64,000 nt of DNA, taken from Octopus bimaculoides. Lineage: Eukaryota. The notes beneath the pieces were generated by a model. The model was not told the DNA's origin and did not search any database. It saw only the letters and a list, made by a program, of their open reading frames with translations. The position numbers were made by a program, and so were the translations under genes. This document shows positions 1 to 12,461 of this stretch, piece after piece (position 1 is the first letter of the stretch; every line of letters starts with the position of its first letter). The stretch covers positions 16,842,752-16,906,751 of the forward strand of contig NC_068995.1 of NCBI RefSeq assembly GCF_001194135.2, written 5' to 3'.

Positions 1-30
1 TATATGCAGGAAGTAAAAGAGGTAATGAGA

Positions 31-82
<52 letters not shown>

Positions 83-394
83 CAGAGACAGAGAGACAGA
101 GACAGAGAGAATATTAATGGAGAGAGCGTATGCATATGAGTGAGGGTAAGATTTTCAGAAAATGTGTCAGAATGAATCTGTAGATTTTATAAAAGTTGTT
201 GGTCAATTTAGATTAATAAATCGATTTGGTCCAGTGGCCTGTGTCGAAACCTTTGGCTTTTTGCCACTTCATGATTGTTTCCTAGCGCCAGTAATATCTC
301 AATAGGGCAGTCTGCGGCCAAAACAAATAAGTGTGGGAGCTGACGAGGGAGAAAACAATTCTCTGGAGTAGTACAATTGCACATGTCATCTACC

Positions 395-426
<32 letters not shown>

Positions 427-433
427 CAATATG

Positions 434-484
<51 letters not shown>

Positions 485-2418
485 NNNNNNNNNNNNNNNN
501 NNNNNNNNNNNNNNNNNNNNNNNNNNNNNNNNNNNNNNNNNNNNNNNNNNNNNNNNNNNNNNNNNNNNNNNNNNNNNNNNNNNNNNNNNNNNNNNNNNNN
601 NNNNNNNNNNNNNNNNNNNNNNNNNNNNNNNNNNNNNNNNNNNNNNNNNNNNNNNNNNNNNNNNNNNNNNNNNNNNNNNNNATATATATGCATATATGTA
701 TGTCTATATATGTATACTATATATACGCGCGCGCGCGTGCGTGTGTGATTATATACGCGTGTATGTGCACGCACACATAATATAATTTCTCAGTGTAAGA
801 ACAATATGTCTTGTGTAAACGTTTTAGAAAGATCTCCATGACAAAGGCAAAAGTTAACTACATCTATAGAACAGCATATATTAGGCTGGTATATGTTATC
901 TCGAAACATATGTGTGCCTGGTCGAATGTGTTAATTTTTTTGTCTACATGTATTTTTGTATGTATAATTAAGCTCCTGTTTGTGTGCTCAAGTTAAAGTT
1001 TGAAATTTTTAATATTTTAATATCCTAAAGTTTTATTTGAATATGAATTTTATTTTATCTTAGAATATCTTAAAGATGGTTGCTAACACCGATTATTGAC
1101 AAACACCAACGCACAAAAGAATTCTGGCAAAATTATAATATGTAATCAATGAAAATTGTAAAGAATTCAGACTCATTTCTTAAGGTGGTTTGAGAAAAGA
1201 ACAGCGTAGAAATGTAGTGAAGAAAATCACAGGTTTGATGAACTTGTTGCATTTAATATTCACCGTTTATCGGGGCATGATACTGAAAACCGCAGCTAAA
1301 TGCCTTAGTCAAACAGCTCTTGTTTTGAAACGATTTTCTGATAATGGTGCTTCAGATAAAACAAAAACAAAAGAGTTCCTCCTTCCCCCGAGCAAGAAGA
1401 TTAATCTTTCGCTGTTAAACAAATTTATATAAAAGTGACATACTCTAATATTGAAATATTATTGACTAAGAATTATAAGAATTAGAAAGTAACGAATTAA
1501 ACACGTAATAACTATGTAATAGACTGAAAAATCTATCAGATTCAGTAATACCACAATTTTTCTCTTCTTTGTATTATCTGAGAAGTAAATGTCACGTCAG
1601 TTGTTGCCCTGTTTATAGTCTGGCTTGTTGAAATATATTCAAATAATTTGATAGGCTCTAATATTATTTTGGTAAAAACCGTATATGTATTTTGACAAAT
1701 TTGTGTCGGAAGATATTTCTGGATTGCTATTACAGTATATGTATTCATTGAACCATGACTTTAACTTTCATACTCGGGTGGTTGTGTCTTTTATCCAGTT
1801 TCATGAGATTCCTTTGTGTGAAAATGGTTAAAACGCGAAACTCAGTGAAGTAATCTATGTAGTTTCAAAATGTGATAGTGCGAATTACCCTGTAAAGTAA
1901 AATTCTAATCATATTAGGCGGTATTTGTGCGAGTCTTTACATTCTGAGTGGTTATGGTGTGCAACTTATGATCGTTGGTTCGCGGGTTCGATTACGTGTT
2001 TATCTAAAAAGAAAACAAAATTACCGTTTTAAACAGAAATCTGGCCAATGCAATATGTAAATATATGAATATATAAGCAAACTATTACTATGTGAACGAA
2101 AGATAGATTCAATGTAGAATGGGGTACCAACAGAGGAAGAGAATGAACGAGACAGACACGAAGTAAGGAGATATATGAAGAGAAAAGGAAATACAACGGA
2201 AACTAATACAAAGAAATTTGTGACGGGGTACAAAAGAAAAGAAAAAAGAACAAGAATTGCTACGACTTATTGTATTTTGGTGTGTCAAAATTACTGACGT
2301 TGTGCATATTTCTGTTAGAATTATTATAATTAACTCTATTCTATATATTCAGTAGTTTTCCTATGTTTCTACAAACACTGTTATGTATGCATATGCACAA
2401 TATATTTATACCCACTCC

Positions 2419-2483
<65 letters not shown>

Positions 2484-2697
2484 NNNNNNNNNNNNNNNNN
2501 NNNNNNNNNNNNNNNNNNNNNNNNNNNNNNNNNNNNNNNNNNNNNNNNNNNNNNNNNNNNNNNNNNNNNNNNNNNNNNNNNNNNNNNNNNNNNNNNNNNN
2601 NNNNNNNNNNNNNNNNNNNNNNNNNNNNNNNNNNNNNNNNNNNNNNNNNNNNNNNNNNNNNNNNNNNNNNNNNNNNNNNNNNNNNNNNNNNNNNNNN

Positions 2698-2751
<54 letters not shown>

Positions 2752-3004
2752 TCTCTCTCTCTCTCCCTCTCTCGTTCGATGGTGGCTTAGCTGTCCGAAA
2801 CCTCGTTATCACTATCAACAACATTTTTCATATTTATCCTCATCCTCATCGTCATTGCATAACAATGATAAATTTGTATTCTACAAAAATATAGAGTATC
2901 CCATCAGATTGATGTAAAGTTGTTTTTTATAACTGAATATATCTCCTTACATTTCCACGTGTAGTTTCTATTTTGTTTTTGCTGCATATTTCTGTTATAT
3001 ATAT

Positions 3005-3640
3005 CTATATTCATGGTGGTTGTATACTCCTTATGCAGAGTTTGACCACTTCCTGTACCTACACCTCAGAACAATCATGGCATTTGATGTGGCTTTTGAA
3101 ACCCGACAATATTCTGAAAAGACACCCACATAAATTGTACATCCGATTTGGACCACCAAGATCTGCAGATAACTTCTTATCTTTGTGAATCTTAAAATGT
3201 CTTTTGAGGCCTCCGTTAGATTTGCAAACCTTCTTGCATACATTGCATTCAAAGGTGTGTACAGACATATAGACAGAATAGTTGGTGGAGGTTCGTTTTC
3301 CATTAGTTCTCAAATGAGATTTTAGCCCAGCAAAAGACAGACATGGTCTGTCATAAACTGTGCACACAGAAATGTCATTGTCATTCACCTTCTCGATCAT
3401 AACGTTCTTCCTTAGATCTCTTTTGAGTCTTACATGCGTTATCTTGGCCTCTTCAAACGCTTTCACTCCACTCCACACTTTTGTTCGCCATCCATCTCGA
3501 TCCGAAGCAAGGGTTTCTATGTCTTCTGGATCCTTTCCAAGTGACTTTATAGGAGTCCTTATGCTGTGCTTAAACCTTTTTTTAGGTTTACGCGGATAAC
3601 GTTTCACCCTCTGCAAGCTCATCATAAAACAACTGCCGAG
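3005..3640 (-). mobile_element. RTE-clade LINE, 3' fragment (ORF2 C-terminus with C2H2-like zinc fingers), degenerate
   Basis: Minus-strand translation gives RQLFYDELAEG, then a frameshift, then KRYPRKPKKRFKHSI...IETLASDRDGWRTKVWSGVKAFEE. This matches the typical RTE ORF2 post-RT segment (KQLFYGEL..GKR..G..KKR.KD....WE.LA.DR..WR). It continues into CNVCKKVCKSNGGLKRHFKIH and a stop at about 3059. Confidence 0.8.
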
Positions 3641-3850
3641 CTTCCACCACTCGGGCCCATCCAGCGGTCTTGATTCCTTCACTTCCCATCGCTCTGGCAA
3701 TACTTCCCATGTGTTGGGCTTCAAGATACTGGTTCAACTCCAGTCTCTTCACCTTCACTTGGTCTGCATTATCAGTCCTCCAGGCTTCTTCTAGTTTCTT
3801 AAGTAGACCATCTGTGTGTGCGTCATAGAATGTGTTAAAGTCTCTTATCA
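3641..3850 (-). mobile_element. L1/Tx1-like ORF2 endonuclease-RT linker fragment joined to the RTE piece
   Basis: Open frame LIRDFNTFYDAHTDGLLKKLEEAWRTDNADQVKVKRLELNQYLEAQHMGSIARAMGSEGIKTAGWARVVE. It resembles the L1/Tx1 ORF2 linker as I recall it (..KRLEEA...RL.L.QHL.A.H.G.I.RA...G.EGI..A..AR..E). Recognised from memory, not searched. Confidence 0.5.
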
Positions 3851-3875
3851 GTATATATATATAAAGTGAGAAAGG

Positions 3876-3925
<50 letters not shown>

Positions 3926-4509
3926 GGGAGAGAGAGAGGGAGAGAGAGAGAGCAAGAAGGAAAGAGAAAGAGAGAGATGTATATATGAAGAATGGAAGAA
4001 AAAACGAACGGGAGGTACTTGTACAATTGTAGTGTGTGGGCAGAGCTTAAAGCGTGCTCCTAGAAGGTTTCGGTTTTCTATCGATCCTTAATTAAATTTC
4101 ACTTACATATCTAAAACTTATATTTAAAATATGCAATAAGTTTTATCTTGTCCAAAATGTTTAATATTTCCAATAATTGTATCATTATTATTTTAGTCAC
4201 ACATATTTTCATCGAAATATATTTATAAAATCGAATATTAGTAATTAGTAATTAGTTGAAGCAATTATAATTATTCTAGTGTCATAATTCCGTTAGAAAT
4301 AGTGTCTACTTCAGTCGTTTTGTCGATGGATTTTCCTTATAATTACGTAACTTCTACTTTAATGTCTTTCCACGTTGTCTTAAGATTCTCTAATCTAAGT
4401 ATCGACTTTTAATTACATAATAATGTTGAACTCTGAATGCTCATGTTCATATGGTAAGTCCAATTAGTCATTGGATCATAGGTTATCAGTGACGTCTATG
4501 TCTCTATAT

Positions 4510-4680
4510 GCAAGGCAACAACGGAGCCTCTTCGTTGTCACTCGACCTGCTAGAAATAACAAACAATTTTTCTTCAAATATCAGTGCTATCGTTTACTTG
4601 AAAGAAGAGCAGATACATTGACTCGTATCGCCTAGATACACACTGACCCTGACAGAAGGGCCTGATGACCGCAGTATGAG
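4510..4680 (+). mobile_element. SINE family D fragment
   Basis: Contains tcgttgtcactcgacctgctagaaataac..., which is shared with 11200-11400 and 28860-29065 in this window. Confidence 0.5.
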
Positions 4681-4897
4681 ATATTTAATGATAAATTATT
4701 CCATGAAGTTTGATAAGGGGCCAAATAGCAACAGCGCCGTTATGTAGTATGCATACGACAAAGAAATAATCGACTATCTTAAGTGTATACGATAAGATAG
4801 TAGTTTAGTCACGCAAACTAAACAAAATCAGCGGCCAATTGTAAAAAGCTTCCTTATGTTCTGGAAGATATTTCTACTCCTGTGATACGTAATTAGG

Positions 4898-5789
4898 AAT
4901 GGACTACAGATTGATATCAAGAAATATGTATCTTTTCCATTAGCAAATCTCAGCGTGTTGCAGCGGCAATGTATTGCATTAGTAAGAAAGTTCTTGCACA
5001 AGTAATTGTTGCAAGTTATTGTAGCCGATCCAATGCAAACTGCATGTCAACTTGCGGTACAGTTTGGCGTCTCTCATGTCACGATCATCAATCACCTGCA
5101 TCGTCTCGACAAGGTCAGCAAGCTTGGAAAATGGGTGCCACATCAATTGACTGAAGTGAACAAACATGCACGTGTCACTGCATATCAAAGTCTGCTCTGG
5201 CGAAAGCGAAGATTCGATTGGTTGGAGTTAGTAATAACTATGGATGAAAAGTGGGTACTGTACTCCAACATGAGGTGCAAACGATCCTGGTGTAGCAAAG
5301 GTCAACAGCCAAAACCTTCGCTAAAAGGACTGCTTGTGCAAAAGAAGGTTATGATCTCAGTTTGGTGGGATTGCCATGGTGTGATTATGTTGTATCTTCT
5401 CCCACGCAATACCACCGTTGACAAGGATGTCTACTGCGAACAAATTGACCGTTTAAATATCGCGCTGGCCGAAAAACGCTCAAATTTGAAAAAGATAATT
5501 TACCACCAAGACAACACGATCGCACATCAGAGAAGCTTAAGGAGGCGGCTGAGAGATCATGGTGCACCCACCGTATTCTCCTGACCTTGCCCTTTCTGAC
5601 TACCACTTATTCTTTGCCTTGCAATGCGCAATTGGCGATACAGAGTTCGAAAACGAAGAATATGTGAAATCGTTTCTTTACGACTTTATTGATTCAAAGA
5701 CACGCGATTTCTGGATGAAAGGATTCAACACTTTGCCTGAAAGATGGCAAACGGTGATCGATAACGAGAGTGATTACCTTTTGGATTGA
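4898..5789 (+). pseudogene. mariner (DD34D-type) transposase pseudogene
   Basis: ORFs 5006-5584 and 5559-5789 give SKLGKWVPHQL, ITMDEKWVLY, KVMISVWWD, YHQDN and HPPYSPDLALSDYHLF. There are deletions/frameshifts between D2 and D3, and the N-terminus is partly deleted. I could not recognise TIRs. Confidence 0.92.
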
Positions 5790-7546
5790 TTGTTCTGTGT
5801 TGTTTTTTTAATTAGTAAATTCAATAAGTAAATCTTTGCCAAAGGATCTTCGTTTTGCCTCTAACCGTGGTAAGAACACCCCTCAAATCCTAAGCCCATA
5901 TGTTCATACCATCTTCTCCAACAAGCCGACTCTCCTTTAAAGAGGCCTGTTCACCATTGAGGAAACCTTAAAAGTTTCTATGTGTTCTACTTTTAATGCG
6001 AGCAAAAGAACCTCAAATATATCGGTTTCTCATCGAAGAAATATGAGAAGGTCATTTTATGATTGGAACCCGTTGAATAAATGGCAATGGTTAAACAAAA
6101 GTAACAGAGACATTCAGAAAAAAGCCCGTTAATTTATTTATGTCTTCTTACACACACAATATGAGTTCAAACTTTGTTAGGATCGACTAAACTTTTCACT
6201 TTGATTCCGTTCGTCAAACAAATAATTGAAGTAAAACCTATAAAAAGCAATAATGCACTGTTATAAGTTTAATCCGCTGCGTTTCATGACGGTCACTACG
6301 GAGCTTATTCAGCGATAATATATCATCAAAGTTAGTGAAAAGTGGTAGTGACAATGTCTGGAGTAGATTTAGTTGTGGCGTTCATAGTGGCGGTTGTAGC
6401 ATATGCGGTCGTAAAATTGTTAGTTTAAGTAGTTTTAGTTAGAATAAAACAGGTTTCTTAAATAGTAGTGTTTTCACTAATACGGATACAGTCGCCTGTA
6501 TTAAATCGGTAAATGCTTGCTCTTTGTTGTAATCTTATATTATTATACAGAACCCGCCCAAACACGGTTAAAGTTACATACATACATAGCTTCTAGTTGA
6601 TTCAGCTCCTCTCTCCTTACATTTCTCCACTTTATTAATACGCTCCTATGCACACACATGCATATNNNNNNNNNNTAGGTATATACATTCATGCATACAT
6701 GCATAAAAACGTAAAACTGCATATATATTTTTTTCTCACACTAGCATACTTATACCTACGAATGCGCACACATATATGAACACGCATCTCAATAGAAAGT
6801 TAGTTACAGGCAATCATATACGGTACTGTTAAGAGTGTGTATGTATATGTATAAGTATGAACATACATAAAACACTGTCGAAGTGTTATTTTCAAATGGC
6901 CGCACTAAGTGCCATTTTGAAAGGTAAAAATCAATGATTTCTAAATAACTATTATTTAAAGTTTTCTGCTTTCTCTTTTTATTGATTTCATAAGTGGCCA
7001 TAATTATCGCTCATATCGTTCCTAAAATACTCACATGTCTTTTTTTTAACGTTATTTTTATATCAATAGTTTCTATATATGACGTTTAAAGTTTTGGAAT
7101 TTTAGTGAAATTTCTGTGAAATAGCAAAAATCTAAATAAATAAAAAATGTAAAAATAAATAAATACATGCTCATTCAATTTTTCAACTATAAAAGATTTC
7201 TATTCAACTCTATTTCCTACTGAAGACACACAGAATCGATCGCCTTTCGGCTTCTGTGAATGTAAATATTACATTAAAATGAAATCATATAAAAATATTC
7301 CTTTTATTGATTGCCTTAAAGTGTAAAAGAGGCTGCAGCAGGTTTTCCACTTCTGGGACTACAGTATTGCGTTATTTCTCTCTTTTATATTTCTATTTCT
7401 GAACCGGTCTTAAAACTTTTAGGATGCTTTAACAATTATTGACCTTTCACGTGTTAATATGTATAGAATTACAACAACAATGCTCAAGAGGAGCATGTAT
7501 CGTGTAATCAGACTTGGTATTTAAACAGGAAATGTAGCATAAATGC

Positions 7547-7745
7547 GTTTCAAACTTTGGCACAAGACCAGCGATTTTGGGAAGCAAGGGGCTAGTCAAT
7601 TTCTCTGACCTCAGTTCTTGACTGGTACTTTATCGATTCTGAAAAGATCAAAGGCAAAGTTGACCTCAGTGGACTTCGAACTCAGTACATAAAGAATCGA
7701 AAAGTATGCTATTAATCATTGCATCCGAAGCCCTGACGATAAGCG
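7547..7745 (-). mobile_element. tRNA-derived SINE family A (octopus-type), degenerate
   Basis: Matches the in-window family consensus (tttcaaattttggcacaaggccagc...actggtactt...aaggcaaagtcgacctc...tttgaactcag). Confidence 0.75.
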
Positions 7746-7834
7746 TTTACTCCCTCATTACGATCGTTTGAAATTCATAAGGCTCTGACATATTATGAAT
7801 GTAAATATCTTTTATCTTTTACTTGTCACAGTCA

Positions 7835-7965
7835 TTAATCGACCCCAGTAAGTTTTTTTTTAAGCCTGGTACAAATTCAATCTATCTTTTTGCCAGACCG
7901 CTAGGTTATGAGGGTCTAAATACTGGTTTTCAAGCAGTGGAAAGGGGAAACGACTGACACCCCCC
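7835..7965 (-). mobile_element. SINE family B 3' half, degenerate
   Basis: cgaccccag...aagcctggtac...tttttgccagaccgcta, followed by a (CA)n linker; reverse of the family B 3' half. Confidence 0.55.
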
Positions 7966-7990
7966 ACATACTGACACACACACACACACA

Positions 7991-8085
<95 letters not shown>

Positions 8086-8309
8086 GCAAACACTCACACC
8101 TGTGTGTATAAGTGAAATGACAAGCAAGTTAGGCAACGCGATTTATACAGAATGTTACGTTTACTCATCTACCGGCTCAAGTTCAAATCTCTTGAGCGCT
8201 TCGAAGTGTATTCTATGCAGGGGACTCCTGTCTCTAACCTACAAACAATGTGTGCGTGCGTGTATGTATGTATGTATGTATGTATGTATGTATATANNNN
8301 NNNNNNNNT

Positions 8310-9118
8310 AGCTGAACGAACCGCTCGTGATTGGTATGCCAAGTTCAAAAAGGGAAATTTTGACCTCAAAGGCGCACCTCGTTCTGGCCGTGGAGTTGAT
8401 TTCGATGAAGAGCGATTGAACCAACTTTTTCACGAAAATTCTCGTCAAACTAGGGAACTGGCAGAGAAAATGGAATGCTCCAGCACTGCTATAGAGAAGC
8501 ATCTTCAGTGGATGGAAAAAGGTTTAGAAGTATGGAGCATGGGTTCCGCATGCTTTAAGTGACAACAACAAAAATCAACGAGCCACATCTCCGCTGGTTT
8601 GCTTGCTCGTCACCGCTCATGGTCATAAGCAAGGATTTCTTTACCGAATCGTTACTGGCGACGAAAAATGGTGCCTGTACATCAATATGAAACAGCGTCA
8701 GGAATAGCTTAGCCCCGGTAAACAAGCGACACCGCGCGTGAAACAAGTTCTTCATCCGCGTAAAACGATGTTGTGCGTATGGTGGGTTTGGGAAGGGAGT
8801 ATCCATTACGAATTGCTTGAACGGAACCAAACGGTCAACGCGGAACTCTATGTTCAACTGATGGAACGACTCAACACGTCTATTTGAGAGAAAAGACCTA
8901 ATCTGCATCATGGAGTTCTTCTGCTGCACGACAACGCCCGCCCTCATATCGCCAATATGACCAGGAAGCCATTCAAACGCATGGCTGGGAAGTGCTGCCA
9001 CACCCGCTATACTCTCCTGGTTTGGCACCAACGGATTTCCACCTCTTTCGATCTCTTTCAAATGCTATGCGCTGTGTTTCATTCAATGGTGATGCAAAAT
9101 TGAGAGCTTGGTTGGATG
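8310..9118 (+). pseudogene. mariner (Mos1-like, DD34D) transposase pseudogene, both ends lost in gaps
   Basis: Reads ERTARDWYAKFKKGNFDLKGAPRSGR, IVTGDEKW, KTMLCVWW, LLHDNARPH and HPLYSPGLAPTDFHLF. Spacing D2-D3 is 34 residues after restoring a 1-bp deletion near 8963. In-frame stops lie near 8705 (TAG) and 8885 (TGA). Confidence 0.95.
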
Positions 9119-9129
9119 ANNNNNNNNNN

Positions 9130-9352
9130 ATATATATATATATATATATACTGTGTGTGTCTGTGCATGTCGCCCCACCATCGCTTGACAACCAATATAG
9201 GTATGTTTACGTCCCGATAACTTAGCAGTACGGCCAAAGAAACTGATAGAATATGTACTAGGCTAACAAAGAATAAGTTCTGGGGTCGATTTGTTCTACT
9301 AAAGGCGGTGCTCCAGCATGGCCGCAGTCAAAAGGATAAAAGGATAAAAGGA
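9130..9352 (+). mobile_element. SINE family B 3' half
   Basis: (TA)/(TG) linker, then ccaccatcgcttgacaacc...gatagaatatgtactagg...ctggggtcgattt...aaggcggtgctccagcatggccgcagtc, and an (AAAAGGAT)n tail. Confidence 0.85.
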
Positions 9353-10010
9353 TCCCTGGATTGATTAATTTGTGGATTTCCTTCAGAGCCTACTTAAGGA
9401 AGTAAATGAAATATTTATACATATCCACAGGAAAACAAACACAAAGCTACAGCTACATATAAACACTACAAATACATGCACGTCGAATTTAGTAACCTAC
9501 CTCAACAATGTGTGTATATGTAAAATTACTTAGATGAATCAGTTGAATATTAAACTGGAGTGTCATTCAATATCTTTCGTAGAATANNNNNNNNNNNNNN
9601 NNNNNNNNNNNNNNNNNNNNNNNNNNNNNNNNNNNNNNNNNNNNNNNNNNNNNNNNNNNNNNNNNNNNNNNNNNNNNNNNNNNNNNNNNNNNNNNNNNNN
9701 NNNNNNNNNNNNNNNNNNNNNNNNNNNNNNNNNNNNNNNNNNNNNNNNNNNNNNNNNNNNNNNNNNNNNNNNNNNNNNNNNNNNNNNNNNNNNNNNNNNN
9801 NNNNNNNNNNNNNNNNNNNNNNNNNNNNNNNNNNNNNNNNNNNNNNNNNNNNNNNNNNNNNNNNNNNNNNNNNNNNNNNNNNNNNNNNNNNNNNNNNNNN
9901 NNNNNNNNNNNNNNNNNNNNNNNNNNNNNNNNNNNNNNNNNNNNNNNNNNNNNNNNNNNNNNTGGCTAAACTTTTCCTTTCTAAAATAACATATATACAT
10001 ACAATCACAG

Positions 10011-10060
<50 letters not shown>

Positions 10061-10438
10061 ATATGTATATATAGATATATGTGTGTGTGTGTGTGTGTGT
10101 GTGTATTTAAAATTAAAATAATCTGCAAGCTGTGCCAACTCTTGATACGAACTCAACGCCCATGTGTCCACATGTCAAGTTTGTGACACCTTACCCCCAT
10201 TAGAGGTCTATTTGCCTCTCTGTCTTTAGATTAGTCTCTTCTGTAACTCGTTTGTTGTCTGCCGTCGTCACCATCGCCGTCATCTTTGTTTCGTGTTGTT
10301 CATCATTAGATGTTTCTTGCTATTGTTCTTCTCTGACAATGATGTCGCTCAAGAATAAGTAGCTTGTATAACTTTCTTTTGTTTTCTTCGTAATATTACA
10401 TTAATACTTTTCCCACTTTCTCTCTTTCTTCGATTTCA

Positions 10439-10486
<48 letters not shown>

Positions 10487-11104
10487 GTTATACTATTTTT
10501 TTGGCTTACTTTTATCATTGTTGTTTTGTATTCTCTTATTCTCTTTTTAAATGATGAAAAGTCATCTTGCAGTAAACATATAACAGCCGAGAGGATACAT
10601 AAAAAATACATAAAATGTATTTTATAATGTTTTTCAATATAATTATTAGATTTTTCAGTTTTCTTCGCTAATTCAATGACATGAAATAAATTTTGATGAC
10701 TTTTCATAAATCACTTTGATTTCAACATCTTTTCTCATCAGTTTTGAATATTTTTTTCTCTCAACGACTTCAATTCATTTAAATTAATGCTTTACTTTTT
10801 ATAATTTACGAAAAAAAAACAACAACAACAATATTTCTTGTGTGGATTCTTTGATCTGTTTCGCCGATTATAAGATATGTAAGCTGACTAGATTTTTTAA
10901 TGTATTTTCTATGTAAGGTGAATTTATTATAAATGTTTTTTATTTTCTGAAAAACCTTCAATGATGTATTGTTATAATCAGAAATTATCAGTTATCAGAA
11001 TTGTTTTGTGAAAAGAAATTTGTCACTGTACGCGTACGAAAAGTAAAACGACATAACAAAAACAGAGACCACCACCAAATCATTGATTAAGTAATCGATA
11101 TTAA

Positions 11105-11400
11105 TATTGAGGGTAACTGACTGCCGAGTTAAGAGAGGTTTAAAACTGAAAGCCGAGAACAGCGAGTTTGACTCTCATGAATGCATAGTGCCTATGGTCC
11201 TAGCCATATTTTACTGTTGCATGGTAAATTAAAAATAACAACCATTTTCTCCCTTAAATCATATTCAATCGCCTAAAACAAGACAAAGATACACAAGAAA
11301 ATGCAGAGCTTTAAAAACTATACAAGAACATTTTAAATCTAGACGATCAGGACTCACATGTGGTCAAACAAACCCAACAACAGCAGCAACAACAACAGCA
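11105..11400 (+). mobile_element. SINE family D, degenerate
   Basis: tRNA-like head (gagtttgactctc), with a body and caacaac tail similar to 4510 and 28860. Confidence 0.45.
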
Positions 11401-11940
11401 CTCTGGTACCCTTATACTTACTGTAAAAGCGGAATACCTTTTGGTGCAGCTCATAGCCAAACATTACATGAGTATTGTGAGTTTAAGTTAAAGAGATGAC
11501 TTCCCTGCTATCGTGCACTAGACGAAAGTTGTGCAAATCAGTAATGTTACTCATTTCATGCACAACAAATTGAATAGTCAATAATCTGTAACTACAGGTT
11601 TTAAATTATAAACGTCACTACAAAAAGTGTTGTGTTTGATATAGATAGTTATGCGCTATCAAAGTCCACGTGGACTTTAATGAGTGTACTTGATTTGTGG
11701 TGAATTTGTGCAGAAATTACTGACAAAAATTCTAGAATTTTCCAGTCAACTTTATTTTCATAGTGTGGCCTTATAATTAAAATTTTGAAGTTACATTAAT
11801 ATTAGAAATTTCAGAGTACTTGTACCTATCACATAAAATCTTCTAATTTCCTCTTCATTGCAGCCAAAGGCGTTTACAGACAATAGAATAATAATAATAA
11901 TAATAATAATAAAAATAATAATAATGATCGTAGTAATAAT

Positions 11941-12121
11941 AATCCTTTCTTTTATAGGTACAAGGCCTGAAATTTTGGGAGACAGAGCTAGCCGATTAAA
12001 TCAACCCCTGTGCTCGACTGGTCGACGTCGGCGGCATTTGAACTCACAACGTAAGGACAGACCAAATGCCGTTAATCAGTTTTGCCCGGCGTGCTAACGA
12101 TTCGGCCATTTCGCCGCCTTA
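11941..12121 (-). mobile_element. SINE family A with internal deletion
   Basis: ...gtcggcggcatttgaactcacaacgtaagg...tttgcccggcgtgctaacgattcggcc...cgccgcctt. Confidence 0.85.
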
Positions 12122-12176
12122 ATAATAACAGCAGCAGCAGCAACAACAACAACAATAACAACAACANNNNNNNNNN

Positions 12177-12228
<52 letters not shown>

Positions 12229-12240
12229 CGATGATAATGA

Positions 12241-12390
12241 TTCTGACTTGGGCACAGAGTCAACAGCAATTTTTCCTGTCTGAAAGCATAAATATCATTG
12301 ATGGCTTCGATGGAATTTGAACTCAGAAACAGAATAGATGTCGCTAGGCATTTTGTCGGATGCTCTAACTATTCTACTCGCTCGCCGTCT
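12241..12390 (-). mobile_element. SINE family A, degenerate
   Basis: ttgggcacagag...ggaatttgaactcagaaac...gctaggcattttgtcggatgctctaac...ctcgccgtctt. Confidence 0.65.
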
Positions 12391-12461
12391 TATAATACTG
12401 ATAATATTAATAAGATGATAATGATGAAGAAGAAGAAAAGGAGTAAATCGGTGACATTTAT

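Noticed and set aside
212-303. Possible plus-strand exon LINRFGPVACVETFGFLPLHDCFLAPVISQ* with an ankyrin-like GFLPLHD
   Set aside because: The acceptor is weak, it is a single short motif, and no partner exons were found.
340-357. CTGACGA-GGGA-GAAA
   Set aside because: There is no stem II pairing and no stem III/NUH, so it is a chance match.
725-745. (CG)n run with Z-DNA potential
   Set aside because: It is part of a compound (TA)/(CG)/(TG) microsatellite, with no evidence of function.
1190-1432. 80-aa ORF resembling a mitochondrial-targeted N-terminus
   Set aside because: It has a non-ATG start, no recognisable domain and no convincing splice context.
1940-2000. tRNA-like B-box (ggttcgattac), and similar heads at 30560-30640 and 32440-32500
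   Set aside because: No cloverleaf forms; these are decayed SINE heads rather than tRNA genes.
7219-7280. CTGAAGA followed by two hairpins (cacagaa/ttctgtg and aatgtaa/ttacatt), hammerhead-like
   Set aside because: The core has GAAT instead of GAAA and stem I cannot form. Possibly a relic, but not supportable.
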